Below the pieces are notes generated by a model. The model saw only the letters and a list, made by a program, of their open reading frames with translations, was not told where the DNA came from and ran no database searches. A program made the translations under genes and the position numbers. Below are positions 10,436-24,248 of a stretch of DNA of 64,000 nucleotides, in pieces; the first letter of the stretch is position 1; every line of letters begins with the position of its first letter. Source of the stretch: Podarcis erhardii (Eukaryota); NCBI GenBank assembly GCA_964252035.1, contig OZ176202.1. One strand, written 5' to 3'.

Positions 10436-12479
10436 TCTCTATAAAGCTTCCTGGTGCCTTTAATATCATTCTACATGTCCCCATTCAAAAACACAAAAGG
10501 TGTTTACCATGAAAATGGAATATGGAAATGCCCAACGACAGGACATAGCACACCGTAGCATCTGCCCTGGGTTGAAATATGGTTCAAGAGACGACAGCTT
10601 TAGCACACTGGAGTCAGTACTCTTGAAAATCCCTGAGCAGTTTAAGGGTAAGAGCAAACAAAATGATATAACCGCTTCAGTCGAGCTGCATAAATTTAAA
10701 AGTTCAACTGGAGATCAGCTGGGTAATGCTCCTCTTCTGTCCCTCCTCACTGTGGAAAAACAAAAGTGGTCAGGGGGAGTGGAAGTGGTGTGCACCACAA
10801 AAGGCTGCTGTGCAAAACCGATAGGGTTGGCCTCATTCAGAGAAAGGGCAGCGCACTGTGCAGCTCAGTCATTTGCCGGGTTCTGTTTTTGTTTTGTTAT
10901 TCTTCCTGGCTCCCCCCCCCCTTTTGGGTGCCACCCAAATGGTGAATGGTGGCAGCTGAAATGCTGCGTGAGAATAGCATTAAATATGTGTAATGTGCCA
11001 TAAATAAACAGAAATAGACAGCCAGGAAGCTGCGGTAATCGCTGCTTTGATGTAGTATGAATTATGGTCCCTGTGAAAGCTTCGTGTCCCTGGGTATGCT
11101 CATTTGTGCTCAGTTGCTACTGCCTTGGGAAGACACTGAATCCAGTTTTCCATCTCCAGATTTCTCCCTTTTGCATGAACAGCTGTTGTCCCTTGACTCA
11201 GAGGAATGTGATCTCCCCGTCTTCTCTCATTTCCCTGCATGCTTGCTCTTTCTCTGCCCTGCAGTTGGGAGCAGTGACACTGGACCACTGGCCCTCTCCC
11301 AGGAATGAGGAGCCCTCCAGATGTCCCCCTCCCCCTGATGTTTTGAACTACAACTCCCATCAGTCTTAGCCAGCAAGGTCAGACGAGAGGCTGCCGCTCA
11401 TGTTCCTGTGCAAATTTCCAGGCTGAAAACACACCTCTTGTAGAGAACAGCTTCTTGAAACCTCGGGTTTTGTCTGAGTTTGTATCTTTCCTTAAAATGC
11501 CCCTGTGCTGAACCGACACCAAAACAGCTCCGCTGGGGCTAACAGCAACACAGATAAGTCTCTGGTGGCACTTTAATCATCAGGCTGTCTAGTCCTGCTA
11601 GGAATAGGGTTTTTTGTTTTGTTTTTTTAAAGGGCAGGCAGTTAGATCATTGCAAATCTTATGCTCTTGCCGTTGCTTGCTGTTTCCTACAGATATGGCA
11701 CCGTCATGTCAACAGGTTCCTATTGACTTTTTCACGGAGTTGCATAGCACGCGGCTGCTTGGAGTAATCTGCTGTCAGATCCTGATACAGTAGTGAAGCA
11801 TCTTATTCAACCAGGCTTGCCTTTCCCCCCGCAGCTTTTCTTTTAAAAAAAACCTTAAAAACAAAAACAAAATATGGTACATTGCATTATCATTTTACCT
11901 TCACTTGACCATTTTGCTGTTATTTTGATTATGTGTTTTTTTATCTTTTCAAATTGCTTAGCCTGGGTGGCCACAAATGAGACGAAAAGTGCTTAAATGC
12001 TGCTGAGGTTCAAGCAATGCGCTGACCTTATGATAATTTAGGTGTCACAGGGCACCAATAAATGCCAAAGAGCTGTCTTCCGTTCCATAACTAGCTAGAT
12101 AACTGCTCTAGGATGCGATAAAGCTTCCACCCCGCCTGCTAGTACTCTTAATGAACTATGAGCAATAAAGGTTCCTTCTTTAGACTGGTGTCTACGAGAG
12201 TCCTCTAGTGGCAGAAAGTATTAAGGCCCCAGATTCTAAAGCAATACGCATTTGGCTCAAAAAACTCCATTATGCAAAGGCTCCTTCAAATCCCAAACTT
12301 AACAAAAAAGCAATTTTGTAATCAGGGATGAAACAGGGGTGGTAACATGGGAGATTGTTTCGGTTTTAAATAATTGTCTGGAATGATGGTACTTGTTCAA
12401 TTTACATACCGTTACCTTCAGAACTTTCTCGCATGCTATAAAGCCACTCATACCATCTCACCTACCAGTCCCAGTCCTC

Positions 12480-12680
12480 CATATGTTCTTAGCAGGCCCC
12501 AAAATACATACATTATGGAGTTTCCAAAATGATAGACCATTCGTAAGAAATCGATCTTTTAGTGTGGCAGCACCTACACTTTGGAACTGACCTCAGATAG
12601 ACGTCTTCACTGTGCTCTTTTCAGCACCTGCTAAGCACATTTTTGCTTAGACAAGTCTTCCCAGATATGTAGAATATTTG
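12480..12680 (+). mobile_element. Degraded L2 LINE 3' remnant
   Basis: Translates to ...NRSFSVAAPTLWN, the conserved L2 ORF2 C-terminal RxFSxxAPxLWN motif. Confidence 0.65.
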
Positions 12681-13084
12681 CATGCCTTTAAATATCCCTT
12701 TATCCCTCCCTTTATCACTCACTGGAAGTCACACTGGACTTTGCCAACTGTGGGATTCTGTTCCTCCCAGTGTGGGCCACTTGTAAATGCAGAAACCAAG
12801 GAAAAGTTTATCTTGATTGCGACAAACTCTTATCTCAAGATGATCTCTTCCTCTTCACCTTCAAACAGGTCCCTTCAACTCCCATCTTCCTGCAGCCATC
12901 TTTCAAGTTGGATTCTTACTGTCTCCCTCTCCGCCATACCTTTAACCAAAGTGCTCCATCTTCATATCTGCTTAACTTCAGCTCAGCACAACAGGGAAAA
13001 CCAAACAAAAAAAGGCATTGTTGTTTCCCAAAAAGCAGCCTTGTGGAGCTATGAGGGCTTGAGCAGGAGGGCTTGCCTCTTGTT

Positions 13085-13121
13085 CTGTGAACCGCCCTGA
13101 GACCTCCGGTATAGGGCAGTA

Positions 13122-13170
<49 letters not shown>
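13085..13170 (+). repeat. L2-type 3' terminus with (TAT)n tail
   Basis: GTGAACCGCCCTGAGACC...TATAGGGCAGTAT followed by a TAT microsatellite. Confidence 0.6.
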
Positions 13171-13628
13171 AGAGAGAGGGTCAGAAAGGAGCTTTTATGG
13201 GTGAGTGGTGACCACTGGAGATAGTAGCCACTGTTTGTCATCTGCTGCTTCCCCCCCATCACCTGAACTTTGATTCACAGGCTCCTGATTGAGCAAGCCC
13301 TTGAACCTGGTGCCAAGGATCAATCTCAGCTAATGGATATCTCTTCCAATCTCAGTGATACAATCTCTGGTTGGCCACTTTGGAGGGGTTGAGTGAATGC
13401 TGGCTTCAACTGATCATTAGTTTGATCCAGGAATTAATAGCAATCCTTATATTCTCATGTTTCCAATTACATAATAGAAGTTATCTTATAATTTGATTGT
13501 GTTGTTATCTGTAAGATTATACATTTCCCCCCTTAAATTTTTTAATGGTTGATTTCTACTATTTTTATTTGCAGTGTGTCCACCATAGAGAATTTCCTAC
13601 TCCCAATTGCAGTCTTCTCTGTGGAGGC

Positions 13629-13880
13629 TGTCATCACCCTGGCTTCAAACTCAGAAAAGAGGAGGAGGAGGAGGAGCCAGCTGAGTTCAAGGCTGCTGTA
13701 CCACTAGCTGGGGAACTGGACTGGGTTCCTGATGCTAGTGATTCAGAGTCAACAGAACTTGAGACAGATGGTCTGGAAACCTCAGCCTCTAAGTCTGGTG
13801 GCCCAGAATCTGCAGAGCCTAATCTGGGACTCTTACAGGTGCTCAATGATGCAGGCAATGAACCAGGCAAGTGGTTAAAA
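13629..13880 (+). mobile_element. Probable truncated Gypsy-type LTR
   Basis: Starts TGTCA, with a GAG-rich purine tract like the LTRs at 834 and 32666; no CA end or TSD found. Confidence 0.35.
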
Positions 13881-14938
13881 TAAAGTAAAATAAAATAAAA
13901 TAAAATAAAATGTCAAGGCCAATGGGGTGGAGCTTGGGAAATGTAAACTGGAAGATAAAACTTACATGGTCTCAGCTCACCTCTGGCCATTGTTGGAGCT
14001 ATCAGTGATATTGCAGCCACTGGCCTGCCTTTCTCCCATGAGTACCTGATGCAGATGGGTCAAAACATCAGCCAGGAAATCCCCCATAAATTATGCATCC
14101 ATTCCCTTCTATGGAAGAATAAAAGGGTCACTTAGAGACTCTCTAAACTAACTGGTGTCCCCACCAGCATCAGGTTGTATCCCTTCTCAACACTGTCCAC
14201 TGTTGCATCCCATTCATTTTGTCCACACAAGGGGAGCCACAGGACTCAAAGGGAGCCATTGGGAATTCAGTCTATTTCTGCTTCCCTGATTCCACCATTT
14301 CCTTTGCAGAGGCCAACTTTGCCTTCCACTTCACAGTCATGTTTGTGTATGATAGAACCCAGGAAACAGACTTCTGTCTACCTACACATCCATATGAGCA
14401 AAGAAGCCTCTTTTCCAATCTGTTTTGGGGTCATAAAATTGTCAAGCTGTCAGTTGCTTGTTTATTGTATTAACTAACCATTTTAATTATATTTAAGACG
14501 TGAACAATAATTTTTCCTGTGATTTATTCTGCTTTGCAGTAGTCGTTAGAATATAGCTTAGATTGCACGGAAGTCTTCTGTTATGTGCTGTATACATTAA
14601 CCTTTCATTGGTGTGTGTTTTGAAATCTTACATTCATCCAAAGAATTCAAATATGTCATTAATGGGTACTTGCAAATTTTGGCCTAAATGGCTTTTTCAT
14701 CAGACTCAAGAAAAGGGAGATGTAGTGTAAAACCATTTCAAGGTTTCTCTCGGTGTTTTCTATATTTTATTTCCAAAACTAAAGGAAGGAGAAAAGTGTT
14801 CTATAAAACTTATTATAAAATGCCTTTTATAAAACCGCCTTTCACAACAGCTTAAACTACAACATTAAAGCAGTTGAAACAAATTGCAATCACAAGATTA
14901 TTAAAATGTTAAAACAACACTATGCAACACTAACAAGG

Positions 14939-14980
<42 letters not shown>

Positions 14981-17293
14981 GATTTCTCACCATTCTTTTT
15001 ATAGTTCAATTGTCAAATTTGAGGCTCATGTGTCCTTATGTAGTGCTTGGTCCAAAAGTCGGATAGAGAGAGGTGTTTGATTTTGAACCAATAGAAAAAT
15101 TCTGAAAATTTAAACACCATGTGTAGACTTAGTGCATGAATTTTGTCAGCAACAGATAGCCCTCCCTGTCTTGGAAAGCAGCAGTGCGACTGCTGAGAGG
15201 ACATCCCTGCTGCACCATCCTCCCTCACATGTCACTGTTTTCTGAGAGACCTTATGCCTCTGAAATGCTTCCCCAGGTTTGCTCCAAGAGGCTCCTTTGC
15301 TGCTTACCAGGAAGGAGAGGTGGAGGGACAAGGTGACAAAGAGGATAGCCTGGTGCAAGCACACCATCAGGAGGGCCAGATGGGCTCTGCTGGGGCGCTT
15401 GCACCTCACCGCTCCCCCTTTTCTCCCAAGTCAGCAGCAGCAACTCAGTTATCAGGATGGATCACTGCCATCCCACCATGCCATCCACAACTGCTCTAGA
15501 GAATGAGCAAGCTAGTGCTGCTCCCTAGAAGCTGATTCAAAGCAATCTGAACCCTGGCTGACTGGAGCTCCTTTCCTGTGGAGGGATCCAGATGTACATA
15601 GGCCCCTATCAGATTGAAGCCAATTCCATGTCAGCCAGGGGCATGGTTGAGATGTGCCTAGGCATCAAGAGAACAGAGCTAGGCTGCACATCCTTAAGAG
15701 CATTTGTACAGAATGCCCAAAGTGGGGTTATGATCATATGTGGTCAGGATTTTCTCTAAGGGTTCAAAGAAGCCCTGAAGGCCTCTACTCTCTGTGAGAA
15801 CTAATCTTTGCAGCAAGTCCTAGATATCTTCTTTCTGGTGAGTGACAAGCTCAGTGTTCCACTACATTTTACTGTGTGCGTCAACCAATGGACCTTCCAT
15901 TCTACTTGTTCCCCCAGTTTCTTCTTTCAGTAACTGGGATCTATGTTTCCTCTCATCTCTCACTTTTAGGAAATCCACTTTCCTTCATCTGCTGTTAGGC
16001 ATTTAATAAATCATAAGTGACAGTATTGGGATGGGAGCATGTTGTACAAGCTTTCTGGTCTGAATCTCAAACAGAGCTAGAGATTTTGCCAGTCTGGGAG
16101 TTAGAATGTCTTTAACTAGAGATAGAGAGGTATGAGGATTCCTACCATACTTCCATGTGGGTCCTAAGTGCCATCAGAACTCCAGTACATCTCTTACATT
16201 TGGAGCCACTTGGTGAGCCCCTTCTTATTTCAAGGCTATGGCTCTTCTCAACTATAGGCATATTTATTTATACTCCTGCCACTTAGCCCACCAATGGGGT
16301 CTGCTGCCCCAGACTTTACAGACCTCCTTCCTTCTTATCTGTTTCCTCCCTCTTTGATAATCCTTGCCATCCACTTTTACTCAGGTGCACTCTCTCATTT
16401 TCTTATTTCACACAGGTAATGTTCTTTCCCCTTATTCTTGCTTCAGTAAATGTCTTACTTGTATCTCTTGTTACTTTCCTTGGTTCTTGCCTGTTTACTA
16501 CCTGGCTTCCCACTTGTTTCTCTTCCTCCTCCATTTCCTGCTCATTATCACCCACCTGCAGTTCCCCTGCCTTCATTCATTCATTCCTACACCTTTTCTC
16601 CTGCATGCCTGATTCCTGCCCTACTGTCACATGCATGTACACACATGCTTTTACCTTCCTCTCTCATGAGCATCCATTAATCCTCACTTGCTCCATTGCC
16701 ACATTTGCAACTCTGACTTCCTTCCCTGTGTGTCTATTTGTCATTTCTCTTCACATTCTCAGTGGTTGAAACCAACCCCCAATGCGTCTCTCGACCCACC
16801 TCTGTCAGGCTGCGCTGCATCCTCAGTGAACTCTTCCTGTGGCATAACTTTCAATTTGACCAGCTCACCTTCCAGCTGGACTGCCAGCAACTCAGTGCAC
16901 TGGAGAGGATGCCTTCATGACCTCTCCTCACATGGACATACCATCCATACACAATCTCCCTCAGTGTTAAAGCCTACAATATACCAGAAGGAAGGCCCAG
17001 GTAGATATTTAGGCACCAGGCAAAAACAGTTCTCTATAACCAGGCTTTTGGCCTTTTAAATGTGCTTGTGGGAGGAAGGTTACTGTCTGTTCTCATTTTA
17101 TTATGTATTTTGTGTTCTCATGTTTATGTTGTGAACCGCCCTGTGATCTTTGGATGAAGGGAAGTATACAAATTTAAATTAACTAACTAACAATTCCAGA
17201 TTGATATTACTTTCATATTTTCAGGAGGGGGGGGGCGAAGAGCAGGGTTTGTCTCCTGCACTTTTTTACCTTAAGTTGTGATTATTCTTCCTT

Positions 17294-17660
17294 TGCCAAA
17301 GAACTGATGCTTATGGTGCTGGAGGAGACTCTTGAGAGTCCCATGGACTGCAAGAAGATCAAACCTCTCCATTCTTAAGGAAATCAGCCCTAGGTGCTCA
17401 CTGGAAGGACAGATCCTGAAGCTGAGGCTCCAATCCTTTGGCCACCTCATGAGAAGAGAAGACTCCCTGGAAAAGACCCTGATGTTGGGAAAGAATGAGG
17501 GCACAAGGAGAAGGGGATGACAGAGGATGAGATTGTTGGACAGTGTTCTCAAAGCTACTAACACGAGTTTGACCAAACTGCGGGAGGCAGTGGGAGACAG
17601 GAGTGCCTGGCGGGCTCTGGTCCATGGGGTCACGAAGAGTCAGACATGACTAAACAACAA
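17294..17660 (+). mobile_element. Bov-B (RTE) LINE 3' fragment
   Basis: Hallmark GGTGCTGGAGGAGACTCTTGAGAGTCCCATGGACTGCAAG...GGGGTCACGAAGAGTCAGACATGACT with CAA tail; near-perfect TSD ATTCTTCCTT/ATTCTTGCTT. Confidence 0.9.
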
Positions 17661-20600
17661 ATTCTTGCTTCTACACTTTTTAAACAAATAAATGGTTGAC
17701 AGTTTAGTCCCTTGGTCACTCTTCCATGTGGTGGTGATTGTGGGGAAACCAAGCCATAGAGCTGTTGTTCTTCTAATCTTACTGGGGATCTTCATGCCTT
17801 GCACTACAGGTGAACAGCATACCTACAAAGAGGGAGCTGGACCACATCCACTGGCTCCAGTGTCCACTTGCTTTCTTGTTCTGCCTCCAAGGACTGCCGA
17901 TTAAGTGGACTGTTGGAAACTAGAGAATATGCCATTGTTTTGTGTGCAAAGGCAATCTCCCTAGTCAGGAACAGACAAGATGCCTATTTGGGAATATACC
18001 TCATGCTGATATGTTGTCCTTTCCAATGGTCTGCTGAATTCATGGACATCAATGGGGAGAGGAGCACACTAACATTGAGGGTAGAGCCAGCACTATGTAT
18101 GCAGTGCACATGTGTAGCTCTAACATGGGAACAGCCCTATGGTAAATGTTTTTCTTGTGGCCCAAAAGACTGCTCCAATAGAAAGTTGCAATGTACCATC
18201 AAGCTCAAGTCTCCCACCACTGACTGTTTCAGCTACTGCAGCAAGTATCATTGAAACTTCAAGCACAACACAAAGGATTTTCTCTATCTTCACCATAAAT
18301 CTGACTGAGCGGCAGACATTACACCTTTTGAAAGTCAAATCAATGTTTACACAGTGCACTTCTTTCCATTTAGCAGTTTTTAAATGCTCACATAAATTAA
18401 TAGATAAACTTGTTAGCATCGGCAGAAAAAAAAATCTAATTAGTTTGTTGATATAAATTGTAACTCAGCAGGAAATTTGGGATTGCAAAAATAATCACAC
18501 AGTTTTAGTTGTTGACAGTTGCAATGCTTTAAATCAATTATTTTCACAACTCTCATAAAACACCAGAGAGTGAGTTTGCTGAATACCCTTACTTAGCACC
18601 ACAATGCAGCTATTTTAGGATAGCTTAATTCTGCATTGTATCTTGGCACCTTTTCCTTCCAAGGCCTTGTTTACACACATGAGAACATGTAAACCAAACG
18701 TTTATGTGAACCACTTATCTGGGATTGCTAAGATTGCCATAGTCACACTAGCTTCAAGCAGGAGTGGTGCAATTGTGACAGATTTGTATAACGAAGTATT
18801 TCTGCTCATTTGCAGCTTCCTCCATGCAAACGGTAACAAATGTCAGCTTGTTTTCTAGTATGAAGGTTAGTGGCTCCCTCACATTTGAACCATTGTGAGC
18901 CTGCAATGCATGGTCAGATATGAAGAAGTCATACAATTTTAAGTAAATGTAAGCACTGGAGTTGGGCAACAGCTAAAGGCTTTAAGGTTGGCTGCTTACA
19001 GCTTATAGGTATCTAATAGTGCTAAAATGGAATGCTAAGCAGTGCTAAATATTATACCTGTTTTCAGTACAGAATGGAGTTCCTTTACTGCTTGTTGGAG
19101 TTGTTCTCTTGCCTACATTTGCTGGTTTTTCAGCTTAAACCTGATTGCTCTTATATTTCATAGTTCTATGTTGTTTTGGGTAAAAAAAAAAACCCACACC
19201 CACCATTTTTAATTTTTAAGGTGGTGGTGGCACTAATCCATTTGATTTTGTCATTATGGATTTCATGCTAACAGATCATCATGATTAATCATGTGCTTTC
19301 ATTGAAACCTCAAAAGCTTTGAAACCCCCAGCTTTTCCCAGGCATTGCAGTGCCAGTGCATAGCTGGCATGTTAATTTAGGAAGAAGTGCTCAGAGCTAC
19401 ACTACATATTACACTGTCCATTTGCAAGCAACTTAACTCTGAATACTGAAGGTTCCCTATACATTGCCTAGGGACAAGCTGAAACGACGAAAAGTTTGAA
19501 GCACTTAACATTATTACACTCATGGGAAAGTGGATGTTCCAAAGTAATATTAATAAATAGTGAATGAAAGGGGGGGGGGTTCCATGGCTTCCTCTGGATT
19601 TTGTGTTGAAAGTTTTCACTTGTGAACATTCAACACACCTGTAAGTCACCTTGGGAACCTGTTGATAGAGTGGAGTAAGGGGCAGAATGGACCTTTTTAA
19701 AATAAATAAAATCATAAAATATGTGGCAGGTACATGTGAGGGAGACACTGCCCTGTCCCTAAAATGAATGTACAAACTTCTGGCAATGCCTACACTGTTT
19801 CTGAGTTTCAGGAATGCTATCAGTATATACCCAAGCAAACCTCAAAAAAATGACTGAATGCAAAGGAGAAAAACAGGCTTCAATACAATGACTCTATGAC
19901 GGCTCCCTCATTGATGGGGAAATGTCATTAATGGTTGACTTGTTAATAGTATGAGCTCGTACAGCTGGCCAGGCACCTACAAGCACACCAAATCTTCTCA
20001 TCAAAGGGCCTCTTTGGCTTAAACTAGTGTTCTGACTGGGAAGGAGAAATATAAAGGTGAAATGCTCTCCTTGAACAAATGTGTAATCTTTCATATTTGC
20101 ATGTGAAACATCAAAGCCCCACCGTCTTGGCTGTCCTCACCATTGCATAATTGGATGTAGATAGTCATTTGGCCATCTGCACTGGCTCACCTCAGGACAG
20201 TTGAGACCAGAGCGCTTAGATATCCTATCCCATCTAGATGTGACTATGAATAGACACACCTTTATTTCAGGGTCAACCTTTAACCCTTCTATTTTACCTT
20301 CACAGTTGGAAAACTGAACAGCAGAGCATGGTGCTAGCTGATAGAGCTTGTACAGTGACTATCGGCTGGGAAGCATTCCATGCATTCCACTGGCAATTTA
20401 CCGCATAATACATCTTTTCCAGAACTAGTGGCTGGCCAGCTGCTTTGTCCTGCTAAAGGACAGATTTGAGGGCATTGTTTTTTCAACAATAGGAGATGGG
20501 CTGGGCTGGCTGTGACTCTGCCACGGGGAATATAAAGCATCATCACCCATTTTGCTGCAGCTGCTGAGCTCATTATAAACCACGCTCTTCTCTGGATCCA

Positions 20601-21053
20601 GCAGATGAACATGGGAATTCAGTTAAATGCATTCTTTTATTAAGGGTGACTTAATTCCTGTTAGAATTTAGTGGACTTTGTTTATACACTGTCATGGCTA
20701 ATTGCAGATGATTATGGGTGCAAAGGTCATCAGTTTCCTAGATAATGGGTAATATCAATGCCCCTGTGTTTTCATGTAATTCTTTTAATTGCTAATTTAC
20801 TTATTTAGGAAAACTTGTACTGCAAGGCAGAATCTGGTCATTAGCTTCATGAAGCATTTTTAATTAACTTTCTTCAAGGGCAAAAGTAGACAGCATTGCA
20901 CTCCAGATCTTGTGAACTATAACTCCCACCAGCTCCAGCCACCATGACCAATGGCAAAGGATGATGGGGGTTATAGTCCACAACATTTGGAGAGTACAAC
21001 ATTGCCTATCCCAGCTCTGGAACATAGAGGTTATGCTACTGATATATGTAACC

Positions 21054-21088
<35 letters not shown>

Positions 21089-21437
21089 ATTTATTACTTA
21101 TACCCCGCCCATCTGGCCCGGCCTCCCCAACCACTCTGGGTGGCTTCCAACAGGATATTAAAAACACAATAAAAGATCAAACATTAAAAACTTCCCTAAA
21201 TAGGGCTGCCTTCAGATGCCTTCTAAAAGTCAGATAGATGTTTATTTCTTTGACATCTGTTGGGAGGGTGTTCCACAGGGCGGGCGCCACTACCGAGAAG
21301 GCCCTCTGCCTGGTTCCCTGTAACTTCACTTCTCGCAGTGAGGTAACCACCAGAAGGCCCTCAGAGCAGAACCTCAGTGCCTGGGCTGAATGATGGGTGT
21401 GGAGACGCTCCTTCAGGTATACTGGGCTGAGGCCGTT
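21089..21437 (-). mobile_element. L2 LINE 3' fragment with (TAC)n tail
   Basis: ORF 21177-21515(-) contains YLKERL...RQRAFSVVAPALWNTLP...FRRHLKAALF (L2 ORF2 end); the tail reads (AGT)n at 21056-21088 on +. Confidence 0.85.
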
Positions 21438-21569
21438 ACCTGGATGTTGCCAATATTCTCCCTCTATCCTTTCACAGGGGATTAATGGTCCTGCAGAAGT
21501 GTATACATGTGACATTCAACCCAGTCTTTGTGGAAATTGGTATTGCACAGCAGCTGAGAGTGTGAGGAA

Positions 21570-21740
21570 GGCAGTCCCAGGTTCAAATGTCATCTCCAGC
21601 ATGAACACACTGCATGACTTTAGGTGAGCCACTGACTCACAGCCTCTGTAATATACTGACATGATAAAAAGGATTGTTGTAATGTTTACTAAGATAACCT
21701 CTGTGAAACATTCTACAGGGCTATGCAAATATGTTTGCAT
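21570..21740 (+). mobile_element. Old MIR/CORE-like SINE
   Basis: CCCAGGTTCAAAT...TGACTTTAGGTGAGCCACT...GGATTGTTGTAATGTTTACTAAGATAA resembles a MIR-type body. Confidence 0.4.
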
Positions 21741-22089
21741 TATTTTTAAACATCAGCTTTATAAACCACTTCAACCTTTGGAGGATATGTAGTATTAACA
21801 GCCACAAACACAATATATAAATAGATGGATAGATAGATGATAGATAGATTGATCGATAGATCGATAGATAGATTTGTATGTGGTGAGTGGTGCATAATTC
21901 CATCCAGCACTATGACGTTAACGTTTCTTATTTTGTTTTACTTCTTATATACTAGTTTATTGCTACTTTTATTCTACTTAGCTGCTTTTGTTTCACCTCT
22001 CTCTTTAAGATGCTATTCCATATGCAGAACTGGAACAAACATCTAGCACAATATTTTGTGTAAGGGTGGCTAGTATAGAATTTGATTGT

Positions 22090-22330
22090 CAGAGCTGGGA
22101 GTGGTTTACCCAACTGGAAATATGTTACACAGATTTGGCATGAACTGCACTGGCTGCCAGTTCCAAGTCTGATGTTAACAGATAAAGAAAGCCCAGAACA
22201 ATTTGGCCACCTCTCTCTAAATCTGCTGTCCCAAGTTTTGAGATCTGATGCACAGAACCTTCTGAGGATCCAAACAGAGGAAGGTCTTTATGTGCTAACA
22301 TGGGGGCCTTCTTGGGACAAAGAGAAACTC
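22090..22330 (+). mobile_element. Old L2 ORF2 remnant
   Basis: Translates VTQIWHELHWLPV, matching the L2 ITPxLxxLHWLPV motif. Confidence 0.6.
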
Positions 22331-22335
22331 AGCTA

Positions 22336-22586
22336 CAGTGGTGCCTTGGTTTATGAACAGCTTAGTTCACGAACAACTTGGAACTCGAATGCCGCAAACC
22401 TGGAAGTAGGTGTTCCAGTTTGCAAACTTTGCCTTGGAAGCCGAATGTCTGGTGCAGCTTTCACGGCTTCTGATTGGCTGCAGGATGCTCCTGCAGCCAA
22501 TCAGAAACCGCGCCTTGGTTTCTTAACGTTTCAGAAGTTGAATGGACTTCCAGAAAGCATTCGGTTCGAAAACGAAGGTACGACTG
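22336..22586. mobile_element. Tc1/mariner (Tigger-like) MITE
   Basis: TA-flanked, TIR CAGTGGTGCCTTGGTT...AACGAAGGTACGACTG; central palindrome TTCTGATTGGCTGCAGGA..TCCTGCAGCCAATCAGAA. Confidence 0.8.
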
Positions 22587-24041
22587 TATTCTCCAAAATT
22601 CACACCTACCCCAATTTTTTAGTGCAGTTCTTCAGCCAAAAGATGGCAATGAAAATGCAACTGTTCGGGGAAAGTGTGCATGAAAATTCATATATAGTAA
22701 TATTTGGTGAAATTGCATAAAATGCATATATTAGGAGAAATGCATACTAAAATGCTGATGAATTTTTGTGAACACTTTTATTTTTTTTGAAGTGAAGTGA
22801 TGAGAAATGGGGCCAAAATATGACTGGAAAAATGAGAAGACATATTCACTCATGCCTAACTGCAGCCTTATTCTTTGGCTTTCTTTGCACTGCTTGGGAG
22901 GAAGAGGAGCAGATGTAAACTATGATACACGGGGCAGTTTCAGGATTAGGGGTGAGTGGGCAGGCTATCAAGCAGGGACATCTCAATTGAATTCCCCCCT
23001 CCCCAGGAGGATATGCAAATACAGAATTCCGCCATACTACTTCTGATCTTCTTAGGTGCATTGTGGCAAGCGATAATGACAGCACACTTGGACCAGTCTT
23101 GGGACCTCAAAAACTTCACCAGCCTAGGGAGCTAATCCTCACAGCAGCATCTAGCTGTTTTAAAGAAACTGTACCTGACTCCCTCTGGCAGCAGCTGCAA
23201 ATATGAAACCACTCTCAAATTTAAAACTGAGAATGAGTGCTCCTTTCTGTTCAATTGGAAGCATTTTTTACAATCCCTGTGTTCTTTTTTTGGTGGCCAT
23301 GCAGGCACAGTGTGTGTGTGCTTTAAAAGGATTTAAAGAGCTGGTCTTTTCAAAGCCTGATCAGATTGCCTCATTCTGTGGGTAGTCTTTGAGGCAAGCA
23401 CCTTTGCAGCAGCATATGTGTGTCTCTGATCCTCCTTAAATAAGCAAGCTATTCCTTCCACAAAATCGTTCCAGTCCCATTAAATGAGATGTTGTTTTAA
23501 AATGTATCTTTCAAATAAACTGCACCATAACTGTTGCATATGATGATCATAATTCTGTGCTGAGAATCTGTTTGCAAAGTATATTGGTGATACTTAGGGC
23601 TATATTTCCAAACCTTATGCCTGCTTAACTGCCATTCTGGGGCACTGTTGCTAGCATTGCTCTGCAATTTGCACTTCCAGTTGGATGCAGCTAAACAGCA
23701 GTGTGTTTGGATAAGAAATGCAAATATTTAACTTACGGTGAAATAAGGCATAAGCAGACATATTAGGAGAAGGCCTAGGTAAATAATTATCTGAAGTGGG
23801 TGTAGGAAAGCACGGTGTTTACTGTATTTGCCTGTATCTAATACTTGCCTAAATCCAACTGTTATTTGAATCCAAAGAAATTTAAACTGGATTTAGGTGA
23901 TTACAAAACACACTACCTCCAGGTGAAACATATTATTACACTAAGGGCAGCAATGAAGCTTAAAAAAATAAAAATACTATATAGTACAGTATAGTATAGT
24001 ATAGTATAGTATAGTATAGTATAGTATAGTATAGTATAGTA

Positions 24042-24248
24042 TAGTGGTACCTCGGGTTACAGACGCTTCAGGTTACAGACGCTTCAGGTTACAGACTCCA
24101 CTAACCCAGAAATAGTATCTCAGGTTAAGAACTTTGCTTCAGGATGATAACAGAAAACGTGTGGCAGCAGCGGGAGGCCCCATTAGCTAAAGTGGTACCT
24201 CAGTTTAAGAACAGTTTCAGGTTAAGTTCTTAACCCGAGGTACCACTG
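24042..24248. mobile_element. Tc1/mariner MITE within a (TAGTA)n microsatellite
   Basis: TIR AGTGGTACCTCGGGTTA...TAACCCGAGGTACCACT; same family as 56963-57204 in the opposite orientation. Confidence 0.85.

Noticed and set aside
10500-11003. 167-aa + strand ORF
   Set aside because: No recognisable domain; it runs through a GTAAG donor-like site into low-complexity sequence. At most part of it is an exon.
14045-14085. CTGATGCAG...CAAAAC hammerhead-like words
   Set aside because: The core is not CUGANGA and no stem II can be drawn.
15013-16920. Dense stack of short ORFs
   Set aside because: GA- and CT-biased sequence that is poor in stop codons; none of the translations shows a known motif.
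18120-18456. Overlapping ~100-aa ORFs on both strands
   Set aside because: No recognisable family, weak splice signals, and no partner exon.
22082-22720. 212-aa + strand ORF, second longest in the track
   Set aside because: A chance chimera of an L2 remnant, a mariner MITE and an old DNA element.
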